A program made the position numbers and the translations under genes. DNA of 64,000 bases from Chiloscyllium plagiosum. Taxonomy: Eukaryota. Below the pieces are notes generated by a model. That model saw nothing but the letters and a program-made list of their open reading frames with translations, had not been told where the DNA came from and did not search any database. This document shows, one piece after another, positions 51,113-63,149 of this stretch (positions within the stretch are counted from its first letter, which is position 1; each line of letters starts with the position of its first letter). The stretch is taken from the NCBI RefSeq assembly GCF_004010195.1, contig NC_057718.1:57522660-57586659 (forward strand). The letters run 5' to 3'.

Positions 51113-54100
51113 TGGTTCTTACCAAAGAATTTAATAGAAGGGAAATTTGTATTTCTGCAAAAGAAAACCTAGCTATGCTTTCCTTTAAGTTCAGAGCCAG
51201 TCTCTGTTCTCTAATAAAAATTCCAAATCTCCATGTGTAATAACGAAGGCGGTCAGCTGGTATGGAATAAAAGTATGTGAGATTGTAGTTTAAAGCTCCA
51301 GTGGAGTTATTTATAAACTGTTTGATTTATTAAGCATAATCTCCACTGAGCTTTACAGCACACTGTAGGTCAACTGTTATTCTATACATTCAAAATGCTC
51401 TGTCAAAGAGTAAGTGTTGAAATATGAGCTCAAAGAACTGGATAATTTAGTATTTGGAAAGTTGTACTCCTGGATAGATATCTGTTTTGCTTTTGTTGAT
51501 AACAACATTTCATCGGCAACATTTGTATGTCATTTGACATACGGAATATGTTGAATGCAATTCTTTTGATTTGAGCTAAGAAGTTAAATTCAGTCCATTT
51601 CCAGGAATCTAGATTGTCCTGATGATATAATGACAGCTACAACTTGGAAACACTGTATTGAAACATCAATACAATGCACAGCTACTGGTGTGGATAATAC
51701 TAATTCCATTAGGTTAACTTTATTGTAACAAAATTATTTGATCAATTGAATTTCATTTGATCCTAGGTATTAAATTTGATGATTACTTCCCATTCTACAT
51801 ATTGAAGGATTTAAAATACATACCTGCATGTATGTGCATTAAATTTACATTCTTGAAATAATTTACTTTCAATCAAAAGTTTACCCAAGTGAATTAAAGG
51901 ATATATTTAATTGAAATCTAATTTATATAAATGAACTGCATTGAAAAATTGGACAAGTACTGATAAATTGGTTATAATTCAGTTAAAGTTAGATTTCAGT
52001 AAGGATCTAAGCTGCAAATATTAGAATGTCATATATTAGAGTTGTAGTATAATGTAATGCCTTTTCACCTCTCAGTCTTTATTTGATTCCAGATAAACAG
52101 ATGCAGTTACATTTTCTTGTCTGTTACTTGCATCTGATTTAGATTTTCTCAATTTAGTTTCCAGCCGATAAAGGTTTTAAATCATTTTATGTATGAAATG
52201 GCATGAATTGGCAATCTTGCTTGCCTATTGACTATTGAAATTGACTGTTGCCACACCCCCCTCCCCCCAAATGGTCCAAAAATGCCTGAAACATTTCCAA
52301 TTGAATCAGGCCCTTTTCTAGGTGTATAGGATCTGTTAATACAGTGTTTTGCTACTTTTCTATGACCCCTCTGGGAAAGAGGGTTGTTCTGCTCAGTCTT
52401 CTAGACACAAATGGGGTTCACCTGTAGGCTGCACCAAGAGGGGAATTTGTTTTGATTGAAGGAGAGCCAGAAAAAGTAGGATCCTCCTCCTGACACCACA
52501 TCATTCCTTACATATGCTGATTGGTTCCCTCCTGCTATTCTCTCCCCTCAACACTTATCAAAACAGCCCTGTCAGTGAAATAGCTGAGAAGCTAGGAAGA
52601 TACTGGCAACTTGCTACAATTATTTAAATGAGTTCTGAGGATTATGTTTTAAGAATGATAAAAATCTTAAGAGCAAGAAGAACATTTCCAACAAAAGGAC
52701 TTTACTTTGTCCCACATTTTAGACCTGAATGTTAGTTAGTAAAGAGGGTAGTAAATTGAAAGTCCAGCTGCAACATCTTTACCACTCTATTCTTGCTGAA
52801 GTTCTTTTCACTATGATCTGGGAATGGTTTCAGTAACAGGAAAGTTAAGGAGAAGCCTATTTACAACATTCAAATTCAATTCTTGAGCCACACTTAGGAT
52901 CAGCTGCAGGTCTGGCCCTCAACTGAAAATAAAACTCAAAGCCGAGGGGATCGATCAGTATTTCTTAAAGAATAATTGCAGGCCGATATAAAAAGATTTT
53001 GAACTTTGTCACATCTCGCCCAATGCTAACTCTCTGTTACCTGCTTTTCCTTCATTGAAGCCTCATGTCCTACTTGTGTCAAAAGAGGATATATCAGTTT
53101 CTCCCCTCCCCCAAGCAGCCTATCAGTACTTGTTCAGTGATAATATTCTATATTTTGGAGAAATTAAAGGAATTTTTTTTTTGTAAAACCACTTAACCAC
53201 GTCAAACTATGAATTCCTAACATTATGTGTAAAATTGCCCATTAATTTATTTCCTAGGCTCCTGTCAAAACAAAAGCACTGAAGTCTGTGTCTCCAAGCA
53301 GATTTCTTACAAGCCTCTTGCCAATTTCTTTCAATGTACCTTTCATTACATGTACAGCCTTTTCCTGGCAACTGCATAACCCCTGATTCATCATAAGAAT
53401 TGCCATTGACAATATGCTTGATAAAATAGCACTCGATATTAGTTAGCAGAAAAGTTACTTAATGAACTTTTAGAAGTCTAGTTAATCAAATCCATGTTTA
53501 GATTAGATTTTGGTTGCAATGTGCCACATGGTTCAGGCAGATGTAACTGCTGGTATTTAAAGATAGGTGATAAATGAATTGCAAAATCTCAAAGTTTGAC
53601 TGGAGAAATAATTGACAGTTATAGATTGCTCTATGCAAACAATCATACGCACTTCTCTTAATTATTTACAGATTTACTTTTGGATATTTCATATGGTGAC
53701 AATTTACAATATAATGTAGGATGTTTCTCTATTACTTTAAGGGATCATTGCATTCCAATAGTAGCTATTTATAAATTTGGATTTGAAAGAAATCCTAAGG
53801 GTGAAGTTACCTTTGGTGGATGTGAAATCAGGCAGTGGTGAATGAGCCTCCCATTTTATGGAGACCAAGTCTTTGATCAGCTACTGCCAATATTATACCC
53901 TCTTTGAAGTTAAATTTTACCCCCTTGATCCTAGCAGAACATTTCTTGGCAAACTAGTAATGTGTATATTAGAGCTTGCCTACACTGACAATTTACTGTT
54001 AAAGTTTTGGAAAAAAAAACATGTATTTAATAAAAAAAACTTTTAAACTTGTTATTAGAAGTAATTTTCCAACTTTACAATTTGATTTGATTTTAATGAA

Positions 54101-54246
54101 TGAGCAGAAAATTATGTTATGCAATGTGTCCACACCACCTTCTAGGATGGATTACTCGTGAAATGACACAAAGTTAGGTTACTCGAGAAACTCATAAATC
54201 AAAGTAACAACAAAGTATGTTCCAAAAGTAGTTTTACTGTACTTAC

Positions 54247-54369
54247 CCAAACACTGATTTCCACGCTTTTGATAGCCTGGTTTGCAGCGACAAATGAATG
54301 ACCCTCTTGTGTTTACACAGATTAGTTCTGGCCCACAATTATGACTTCCTAATGCACATTCGTCAATAT
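54247..54369 (-). CDS. EFEMP1: Fibulin-3 cbEGF exon (123 bp; human exon 6 equivalent); most 5' exon found in the window
   Basis: gaaacag / gtaagt; (D)[40 protein letters not shown]. Confidence 0.97.
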
Positions 54370-54454
54370 CTGTTTCAATAAAGTGAAAAAAACCACAAAT
54401 GCTTGCATTTCTGTAATACTTTTTATGATCATCAGGCATCACGAAGTGTTTTAT

Positions 54455-54812
54455 ACTTAATTTAGCACTTTCAAAGTGTAGTCACTGTTGTAGGAAACAA
54501 CTTGAACACAATAACCCCCGACAGACAATAATGAATAATAACCAGATAAGCTGTTTTTGTCTAAATAAGTATTGGCCTGACAGTCCCCTCATCTCCCTTG
54601 AAGCAGTGCTATGGGTTATTTCATGTGCACCTGAGATGAATAGTCAGGCCCTCATTTTAATAGCTCATTCAAAAACCAGCATCTCCACAGTGCAGCATTC
54701 CCTCAGACTGGAGTGCCAGTCTTAATTTTTGTGCTCAAGTCCTGGAGTAAAACATGAACCCACAGTCTTCTGACTCAAAGGCAAGTGTGCGAACAATTGA
54801 GCATTGGCTGAG
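54455..54812 (-). mobile_element. SacSINE1-like DeuSINE
   Basis: Minus strand tRNA head GCTCAATTG...TGAGTCAGAAGACTGTGGGTTCATG, then Deu-domain-like CTGAGGGAATGCTGCACTGTGGAGATGCTGG. Confidence 0.72.
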
Positions 54813-55061
54813 AGCTGTGTTATGAATCATTTTGCCAAACAGTCTTGGGGTGTGGGTGGGTATCAAACCGACATGCAAGTGAGTCCCTGCTCTTTCATAG
54901 ACTTAGACTCCAACAAATGATGTTTCATATACTTGTGAAATGTTTCCTGACTTAATGTGACTGTCAGATGTGCAGCAGCACTGGCTGCACTGTACTGCTT
55001 CATGGCCATCATGGATCTTGTCTTCAGCATCAGTGGTGTTATAATTAGTCTGTATGAATCA

Positions 55062-55192
55062 GGGCAACACAGTGGCTCAGTGATTAGCACTGCTCCCTCA
55101 CAGCGCCAGAGACCCACCCTCTGATTCCACCCTCAGCCAACTGTCTGTGTAGAGTTTGCACATTCTCCCCATGTCTGCGGGGTTTCCTCTGA
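55062..55192 (+). mobile_element. HE1-like SINE 5' half
   Basis: gtggctcagtgattagcactgctccctcacagcgccaga...gagtttgcacattctcccc. Confidence 0.8.
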
Positions 55193-57136
55193 AAACTGAG
55201 ACTCATCACAAATAATAATCTTTTCTACTGATATAAATATGGGGTTAATATTTGAAGTCCTTAAAGCTTCCACCACCCTAATAGGGAATTCAATCAATCT
55301 GTGAACACTTATTGCTCTGTCTATCATCTCAGCAGGCCCTGTGTTGAGGAACAAAACTGAGCTGCTTTGGCAAGGGTGCATGACAGACTTGCCTTCTATA
55401 TGAAAGAACAGTTATTTGGTTGTCCTGGGGAGAAAACAAATCCCTTGAGATTATTTGGAAGGAGCTTGCTGCATCAAAGTTCAAAGCTGTCTGTTGTACT
55501 ATACTACTGACTATGGGCTTTCACAGCTTCATTACTGGCTTGCCTGCTCCAAAAATCCATCTCATCTGAGACAATTTGTGCCTGGGTCTATATATCTTTC
55601 TGTATCTTTAATCCTAGGATGACTTGCCATTTCTTTATATCGCCTGATTAATCTGTGTCCTTTTATGGTCTCTTAATAGCTCTTTTGCGGCCTTTGATCG
55701 TTGATCCTAATTACTCTTAATAAATTAGGCCCATTAAATTTGCATGTAATCATGCAGTTTTCTTTCATAAACTTCACTTAAATTATGAGTACACCCTGTA
55801 TATTAGATCTGTTATGTAGGGAGGAATTTTGTACCAGTGATGGTGAGTATGTTGGCCAATCGCATAGGGGGCAGTTACCCACCATGCTGTTATCTCATGG
55901 AGTTGAAGGTCTGGACCAATTATAACCTGTATTTGTACAGGCACCTGTTCCTGTAAGCCAGTGGCATCATTCTACCTGTCTTAGATGACATTCTTGAACT
56001 CACACTGTGGCATTATTGCATACATTCCAGACTAGACTGGCAGTATACATTTAACACAGTTGGATGACATGACGATATATGACACTCCATATACATATAA
56101 CAACTGCTGGTGGCAGCTAGTTGTTACTAAAAGATAAGAACAGCCTTGGCAGACGTGAAGATTTTTCAAACTCATCTCTAATCACTTAGGTGAGTTCAGA
56201 GCTGAGGCTCACAACCAACGAACTGAACCAAAGTGATCTGATCTGTTCTGAAGGGAAGTAACATCAGCTGAGAAGGAATATTAGTGGGCACTGTCTATCT
56301 GTTGATCCACCAATGAAAGCACAATCCCACCAGATTAACAATAAGCTTCAGTGCTAGACCACTGGGAGTTTTGCACATGGTGCAAGTTCCACTCTGGAAG
56401 AATTCCTCTGGAAAAGCAGAGTCGGAACTGCAAAAATAGCCCAATCTCTAAGCTGTTGGAGTTCTTTCCGCATCTGACATTAGTCAATTCCACCATTTTG
56501 CTTTGTAAGAAACAGCATCAAAGCCACTAAAAAAAACCAAGTGACATCATCTCAATTTCTATTTTGGCACGAGCCCCATAAAAGCCTACCATTTCTAAAG
56601 CAGCAAAAAGGGAGAGAAACCAACAACAAATAAAAAGCATAAATTACAATTCAGATTTTTTATATTTAAGGGTGCAGAATTTAAAGAGTGCAGAAATACA
56701 ACGAAATATGAAAAACAAACTCTGTAATGTGTGGCAATCCATTGAAATCCTGTCAAAGTTTCAGTTATTTCATTGATCAACAAATTGTTGATAAAGGAAT
56801 GGTAGGTAATCAAACAACTTATTAATTTGGAAACAACAAAGGCTGAAGAGTCAGTTCCTCAAGTATTTCTGATGGTGACTCCAAAAGAGCAAATTAAAGC
56901 CTGAGTTAAATTCGCAATACAGAGATTTGTATTCATGTCATACTGGCAACAATCAAATGAAACAATCAATCAGTTGAAATGCAGTTGTTGATGCAAAGGA
57001 ATGGAATGTGATTTCACTTAGTTCTAAAAGCCTTATGAAATTAGTCATTGCCTCTAAACTCATTAAACCCTAAAGAAAAATATTTCTAGATAAACACAGA
57101 ATATACCATCAATGAAGCTATTATTAAGGCCAATGG

Positions 57137-58123
57137 CATAGAGTCATAGAGATGAACAGCATGGAAATAGACCCTTCAGTCCAACCCATCCATGCCGACC
57201 AGATATCCCAACCCAATCTCGTCTCACATGCCAGCACCCAGCCCATACCCCTCCAAACCCTTCCTATTCATATATCCATTCAAATGCCTCTTAAATGTTG
57301 CAATTGTACCAGCCTCCACCACTTCCTCTGGCAGCTCATTCCATACACGTACCACCCTGTGTGTGAAGAAGTTGCCCCGTAGGTCTCTTATATCTTTCCC
57401 CTCTCACCTTAAACCTATGCCCTCTAGTTCTGGACTCCCTGACCCCAGGGAAAAGCCTTTGCATATTTGCCCTATCCATGCCCCTCATAATTTTGTAAAC
57501 TTCTATAAGGTCACCCCGCAGCCTCCGATGCTCCAGGGAAAACAGCCCCAGCCTGTTCAGCCTCTCCCTATAGCTCAACTCCTCCAACCCTGGCAACATC
57601 TTTGTAAATCTTTTCTGAACCCTTTCAAGTTTCACAACATCTTTCTGATAGGAAGGAGACCAGAATTGCACGCAGTATTCCAACAGTGGTCTAACCAATG
57701 TCCTGTATAGTTGCAACATGACCTCCCAACTCCTGTACTCAATACTCTGACCAATAAAGGAAAGCAAACCAAACGCCTTCTTCACTATCCTATCTACCTG
57801 CGACTACTTTCAAGGAGCTATGAACCTGCACGCCAAGGTCTCTTTGTTCAGCAACACTCCCTAGGACCTTACCATTAAGTGTATAAGTCCTGCTAAGATT
57901 TGCTTTCCCAAAATGCAGCACCTCACATTTATCAGAATTAAACTCCATCTGCCACTTCTCAGCCCATTGGCCCATCTGGTCCAGATCCTGTTGTAATCTG
58001 AGGTAACCCTCTTCGCTGTCCACTGCAAACTTTTGGTGTCATCTGCAAACTTACTAACTGTACCTCTTATGCTCGCATCCAAATCATTTATGTAAATGAC
58101 AAAAAGTAGAGGACCCAGCACTG
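57137..58123 (-). mobile_element. Relatively young CR1 3' fragment
   Basis: LGPLLFVIYINDL..SKFADDTK; 149-aa open C-terminal stretch at 57336..57785; tail ctctatgactctatg on the minus strand. Confidence 0.93.
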
Positions 58124-58417
58124 ACCTTCAGATCTTCAGCATCTTCAGATATCTGACTCTGTAATAACTATTGCAGCTGTCATTAACTTCTAATTATTGT
58201 ATGAGGTGCAGTTGTCTCATCCACTAAACCGTATCCACTTTTTGTGGCCTATGCAAGCTGTGATCTAGTAGAGATATTGGGTTAAAATGTGCTTCAATGT
58301 TCCCAGAGGAATCCATGTTTAAGCACAATGTTCCACAGTGGTGTCTGAAGATGAGCCAATCAAGGATCAATGTCAAGAATGTTTCCAAAGTTCCATCCAT
58401 GACACACAACGATGTCA

Positions 58418-58512
58418 GGAGACAGTGAGGTCTGCAGATACTGGAGATCAAACTTTTTGCTGGAAAAGCACAGCAGGTCAGGCAGCATCCGAGGAGCAGG
58501 AAAATCAACATT
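58418..58512 (-). mobile_element. Short pLTR fragment truncated inside the hammerhead
   Basis: ggagacagtgaggtctgcagat...gagcaggaaaatcaacatt. Confidence 0.78.
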
Positions 58513-58572
58513 AAAGACAATCTGTAGTTCCCAGTGGCAAGCAATGGGAATCTATTTTTAATACATTTAATA

Positions 58573-58881
58573 GGGGCGGCACATGGCTCAGTGGTTAGCA
58601 CTGCTGCCTCACAGCACCAGGGTCCTAGGTTCAATTCCATCCTCGGGTGACTGTGTGGAGTTTGCACATTCTCCCAGTGTCTACGTGAATTTCCTTCGGG
58701 TGCTCCGGTTTCGTCCCACAGTCCAAAGATGTGCAGGCCAGGTGAATTGACCATGCTAAATTGCCCATAGTGTTAGGTGCATTAGTCGGGGGGGGGGGTG
58801 GATTACTCTTCGGAGCATTGGTATGGACTTGTTGGGCCGAAGGGCCTGTTTCCACACTGTAGAGTATCTAATCTAATCTAA
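58573..58881 (+). mobile_element. HE1-like V-SINE, full length
   Basis: A box tggctcagtgg, B box ggttcaattcc, V-domain, tail (aatct)n. Confidence 0.9.
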
Positions 58882-59319
58882 CAAAAATATTAACATACTC
58901 ATTAAAACTTAGTCACCAGATTGAACTCAACCAGGGCACCATGGGGAACATATTTGGAATCTCTCAGTTTGCTACACACACACATGCATTAGGAACTTCA
59001 TCAATGCAGTGCTTAAATACACCAATGATATTGTGCCATTCACAGAGGGCCCTAAGAGCCAGGCAGCCAGACAGTCAGATTTGGTTCCATAGCTGGAATT
59101 GATAGCTCCTTGAGAACAGCCATCATCTTTCACTGAAAATAAATCCCAAAAGTGTTACTCACTTCTCAGGATCACCTGTGATTTATGCATTATCAGTCAC
59201 TCTGAGGTAGAACCACAAGGATGGCTCCTGGGTGACAGGTGATACCCTCCAAAAGAACTGGCTGATGATATCTCTTCAGATCCCACTGGAGAAGTCATAT
59301 AATGCTTCCCATGCCACAA

Positions 59320-59656
59320 GGAGAAAGTGAGGACTGCTGGAGATCTCAGAATCAAGATCTGTTGAACAGCTTCCTCATTTCCCCTCCCCCCACATTATTC
59401 CAGTCCCAATCCTTCAACCCAGCACCACCCTCTGGACCTGTCCATCACTCCCCCCTCTAACCTATCACCTTCTCCCTCACCTTCATCCACCTATTGCTTT
59501 CTCAGCTACCTTTCCCCAAACCCGATCCCCTCCCATTTATCTCTCAGCCCCGACCCACACGCCTCATTCCTGATGAAGGGCTTATGCCCGAAACTTCGAA
59601 TCTCCTGCTCCTTGGATGCTGCCAGACCTGCTGTGCTTTTCCAGCACAGACTCCAA
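59320..59656 (+). mobile_element. PLE pLTR insertion with inverted 5' piece, hammerhead motif (59565-59602, one helix III substitution) and 15-bp TSD
   Basis: TSD cttcccatgccacaa at 59305-59319 and 59657-59671; CATTC CTGATGA AGGGC TTAT GCCC GAAA CTTC GAAT. Confidence 0.88.
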
Positions 59657-59947
59657 CTTCCCATGCCACAACAAAAGCAACATCAAAACAAAACCATTGG
59701 ACTGCTGAAGGTGAGATTCTGCTTTCTAGTCTGCTCAGACAGAACACCATAGTGCTACACAGACCTCCAAGATCACTTGGTCTCCTGCACCATACGTAAC
59801 GGAGCACAAACAGCTCTGAGGCAGATGCTGGTGCGCTTTGTCCTCTCTGACCACAGCAGAAGCAAGGACACTGGAGGGTGGTCTAGATAGCTAAGCCCTT
59901 CCTGCCTATCCAATATAAAACCCAGAGCCAGAACGATGGGATGTGTA

Positions 59948-60498
59948 GACGAAAATGAGGACTGCAGATGTTGGAGATCAGAGTCAAAAAGTGTGGTGCT
60001 AGAAAAGCACAGCTGGTCAGGCAGCATCCAAGGAGTAGGAGAATCAACGTTTTGAGCATAAAATCTTCATCAGGAATGTGGAGTGGGCCCAAGGGGGCTG
60101 AGAGATAAATGAGAGGGAGGGTGAGGCTGGGGGGGTAGGTAGCTGAGAATGCAATAGGTGGATGATGGTGATAGGTTAGAATGGAGGATGGAGCAGATAG
60201 GTGGGAAGGAAGATGGACAGTTCAAGAGTGTGGTGCTGGGTTGGAGGGTTTGATCTGGGATAAGGTGGGGGGAGGGGAGATGGGGGAAACTGGTGAAATC
60301 GACATTGAGTCCCATATGGTTGGGGGGTCCAAGGCGGAAGATGAGATGTTTTCCTCCAGTCGTCGGGAAGCTAGGATTTGGTGGTGGAGGCGGCCTAGGA
60401 CTTGCATGTCCTTGGCGAAGTGGGAGGGTGAGTTGAAGTGATTGGCCACAGGGTAGTGGGGTTGTTTGGTGGGACATTCTCTGAAACGTTCCGCAAGT
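59948..60498 (-). mobile_element. PLE 3' fragment (GIY-YIG C-terminus + pLTR, degenerate hammerhead)
   Basis: VANHFNSPSHFAKDMQVLG; near-TSD tgggatgtgta (59937-59947) / tgggatatgta (60499-60509). Confidence 0.87.
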
Positions 60499-61608
60499 TG
60501 GGATATGTATCCAAGGCATATTCAGGCAGCCACTGAATGTTCTGCGAGACCTGGCTTCCTGTGCCAATCACCACCCTCTCCAAGGAGGAAGCCACGACAG
60601 AACCCTTGGCTTAGATGGGCTCCACAGTTCTTTGCTGAAGACAGTGTATAGCCGTAGGCACCTCAGCCAGATGTTCTCCTGCCATCCACAGTAGGTTTCT
60701 TCTGGTTGTATGTAGCAGCCTACCATTGGCACAGCCTTGTCTCCAGGTGCCCTCTCAGTGCCAGAGTCCTCCGCTATCACATTCTCCACCAATTGCTGTG
60801 ACATTATCAGTGATGTGTTCCCCAGATTGAGAATATAAGTCTAATCACTAATATATTGTCACCATGGAGGGATGATGTATCCTATGAATGTTCTTCTTCT
60901 TCAAATATGGTGTTCCAGCTTGTTGCAGACTCTGAGAAATATAAGAATTAGCTTTCTGTTACATATTATCCTATTTTCCATTACATGTACGTATCTTCTC
61001 TATGCCTACTTCTTGACACCAGGTTAGAAACAACTCTGTTTTGTTCTGTCGATACTTCAGCCTTGCTGCTCACAACTGAGTGTCCATCTTGCTGTGCAGC
61101 CAGTTCGACTGCTGCCTCCTTGTAAGCATGAATGTTTAGAGGACATGACACCCACCCTCGAGTACTCTCTGATGTTTCATGCTCTTTTGTCCTGCACGCA
61201 GATATAAAGATTGACCTTTAAAAGCACGCAGACCTACAGCAGCTAATATTACCTCACACAATGATCCGCAAGCATTCTCCTGACACCAGTACAACTGGCT
61301 GCAAGACATTCTTTCTACATATTCCGACTGACCTTAAAGCCTGGAACCCAAACATTCGCCTCCTATATCTTTCCATGTGAATTTTTACATTGCTTATTGC
61401 TGTATTGCGTGCCACTTTGCACACACATCCTTGCAGAGTGCGGCGAGGCATTGAGCTTTTTACGACATTGAACCCAGTTGTGCTTGTGGCCTTGGTGACT
61501 GCTCACTTCCACTGCGAGCTCCATCCAGGCTACCTTGGTCAGATGGGAGAGACTCCTGCTGTCATCTGTCTTTGAAATAAATTGTTTTGACGAATGTTAA
61601 TATGACAT

Positions 61609-61990
61609 TTATTTACTGTTGGAAACAAAACCATGTTTTTGTGCCACTGTCGTGAGCCAATGGAGGTTTAGGGCATGCTCATGTTTATTTCTTCTGGGGG
61701 CTGTAATGTCATCTTGGATACAGAGAAACCTTGGTAGATTCTTTATGATATGATCCATGTGATGTTTGAATATTATTTTGGCTGATCCAAATAATAGTCT
61801 GAGGAAATAAAATTTCACTGAATAGTGTTTCTGTGACTCCAGAGCAAGTTTACTAACCATAATCCATACTTGGCATTGAGCTTTAGAAATATACTTGGCT
61901 CCTGGGAAGCTCATCCAGTGTATAAATTTTGTACGGGCATCTCTTTGTTGTGATATGTAGCTGACTTGGATCAAAACATACATGTACGGT
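61609..61990 (-). mobile_element. Decayed Gypsy/Ty3-like RT fragment
   Basis: FLRLLFG...IFKHHMDHIIKNL...IQDDI...EHALNL resembles LTR-retrotransposon RT motifs (F.RLPFG, YxDD). Confidence 0.6.
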
Positions 61991-62009
61991 GCCACTTTTC
62001 TTCTAAACA

Positions 62010-62066
62010 AAATGGACGGGTTGGACCGAAGGGTCTGTTTCCATGCTGTACATCTCTATGACTCTA
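62010..62066 (+). mobile_element. Very short CR1 3' tail
   Basis: atggacgggttggaccgaagggtctgtttccatgctgtacatctctatgactcta. Confidence 0.8.
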
Positions 62067-62077
62067 ATAGAGTGTCA

Positions 62078-62299
62078 AAAGCTGAAGCTGCTGAAAAAGC
62101 TCAGCATGTCTGGCAGCATCTATGGAGAGAAATCAGAGTTAACATTTCAGGTCCAGCGACCCTTCCGTGAGTTCTGAGGAAGGATCACCAGATGTGAAAC
62201 ATTAACGCTGATTTCTCTTCACAGATGCTGCTAGACCCGCTGCGCTTTTCCAGCAATTTCTGATTTACAGCATCCATAGTTCTTTTGGCTTTTCTTTAG
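62078..62299. mobile_element. Second head-to-head inverted pLTR doublet (different family), degenerate hammerheads
   Basis: Near-TSD taatagagtgtca (62065-62077) / taatggagtgtca (62300-62312); arms inverted around about 62170. Confidence 0.78.
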
Positions 62300-62689
62300 T
62301 AATGGAGTGTCACAAGTCAGTATGATACGTGACTTTGTAGACAATGTTGCTTTATATTATGGAATCCAGTTCCAGGCTGGGTTTGCCTTCAATCTGGATA
62401 CTGCATTTACAAGGAAGGCCTAGCCTGGGTTGGTCATCAATCTTTCAGGTTGCTGATAAGATCAAACCTAGCTGGGCAAAGATTTTAATTTGTGTTAATA
62501 AATATTCAATTTAGCATAGAATGTATGTCGTCCATTTGCTTTACGGTATATTGCTTGGATGTAGTTAAAGGCTTAGGTTTTTCTGATAGTGTTCATATGA
62601 TGTGTCAATTCAACCACATGTACTGTCTGACTAGGCTATTGCCAGCTATAACATCGCAGTTAGCTCTTGAACTTAATTGACATTGTTGG

Positions 62690-62754
62690 TGTTGAGAGTG
62701 TGTTGCTGGAAAAGCACAGCAGGTCAGGCAGCATCCGAGGAGCAGGAAAATCGA
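62690..62754 (-). mobile_element. 65-bp pLTR fragment
   Basis: gagagtgtgttgctggaaaagcacagcaggtcaggcagcatccgaggagcaggaaaatcga. Confidence 0.8.
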
Positions 62755-63149
62755 ATTTAGCAGCATTTAATCCACTGCTAAACTACTTCACGACTTGCAG
62801 CTCACTGTCAGGGAATAGCCACTTTGACTCCCACACAATTAAGTATCTGTGGCTGCCTTTTTCACTGCTTAACCGCAGCTTCACTAGATTCTAACCATTG
62901 TAATGGACGATCAGAAGGAAAGAGGGGAAGGCAGCAGACACAGAAGTTAGCTTGATGCCATTCTGCCCTAACTCCACATTTGGTTTAGGAAATGCAAATG
63001 GATCTAGGCTGCACCTAAAATTCCTGCCCCCAAAAGGCACAAGTTCTGACTTACAGCCTATCCCAACCAAACTATTTTTTGTTGTCAGTCAATTTTTTTC
63101 TTCAAATACACAGTCTTATTTTGTATTTTTCTTATTTGGTACCGCATAG

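Noticed and set aside
31618..54369. Alternative identity EFEMP2 (fibulin-4) or FBLN5
   Set aside because: [44 protein letters not shown] and the terminal VGPYSF match recalled EFEMP1 better than its paralogues; a phylogeny would confirm
57152..57710. 172-aa plus-strand ORF
   Set aside because: Antisense frame of the minus-strand CR1
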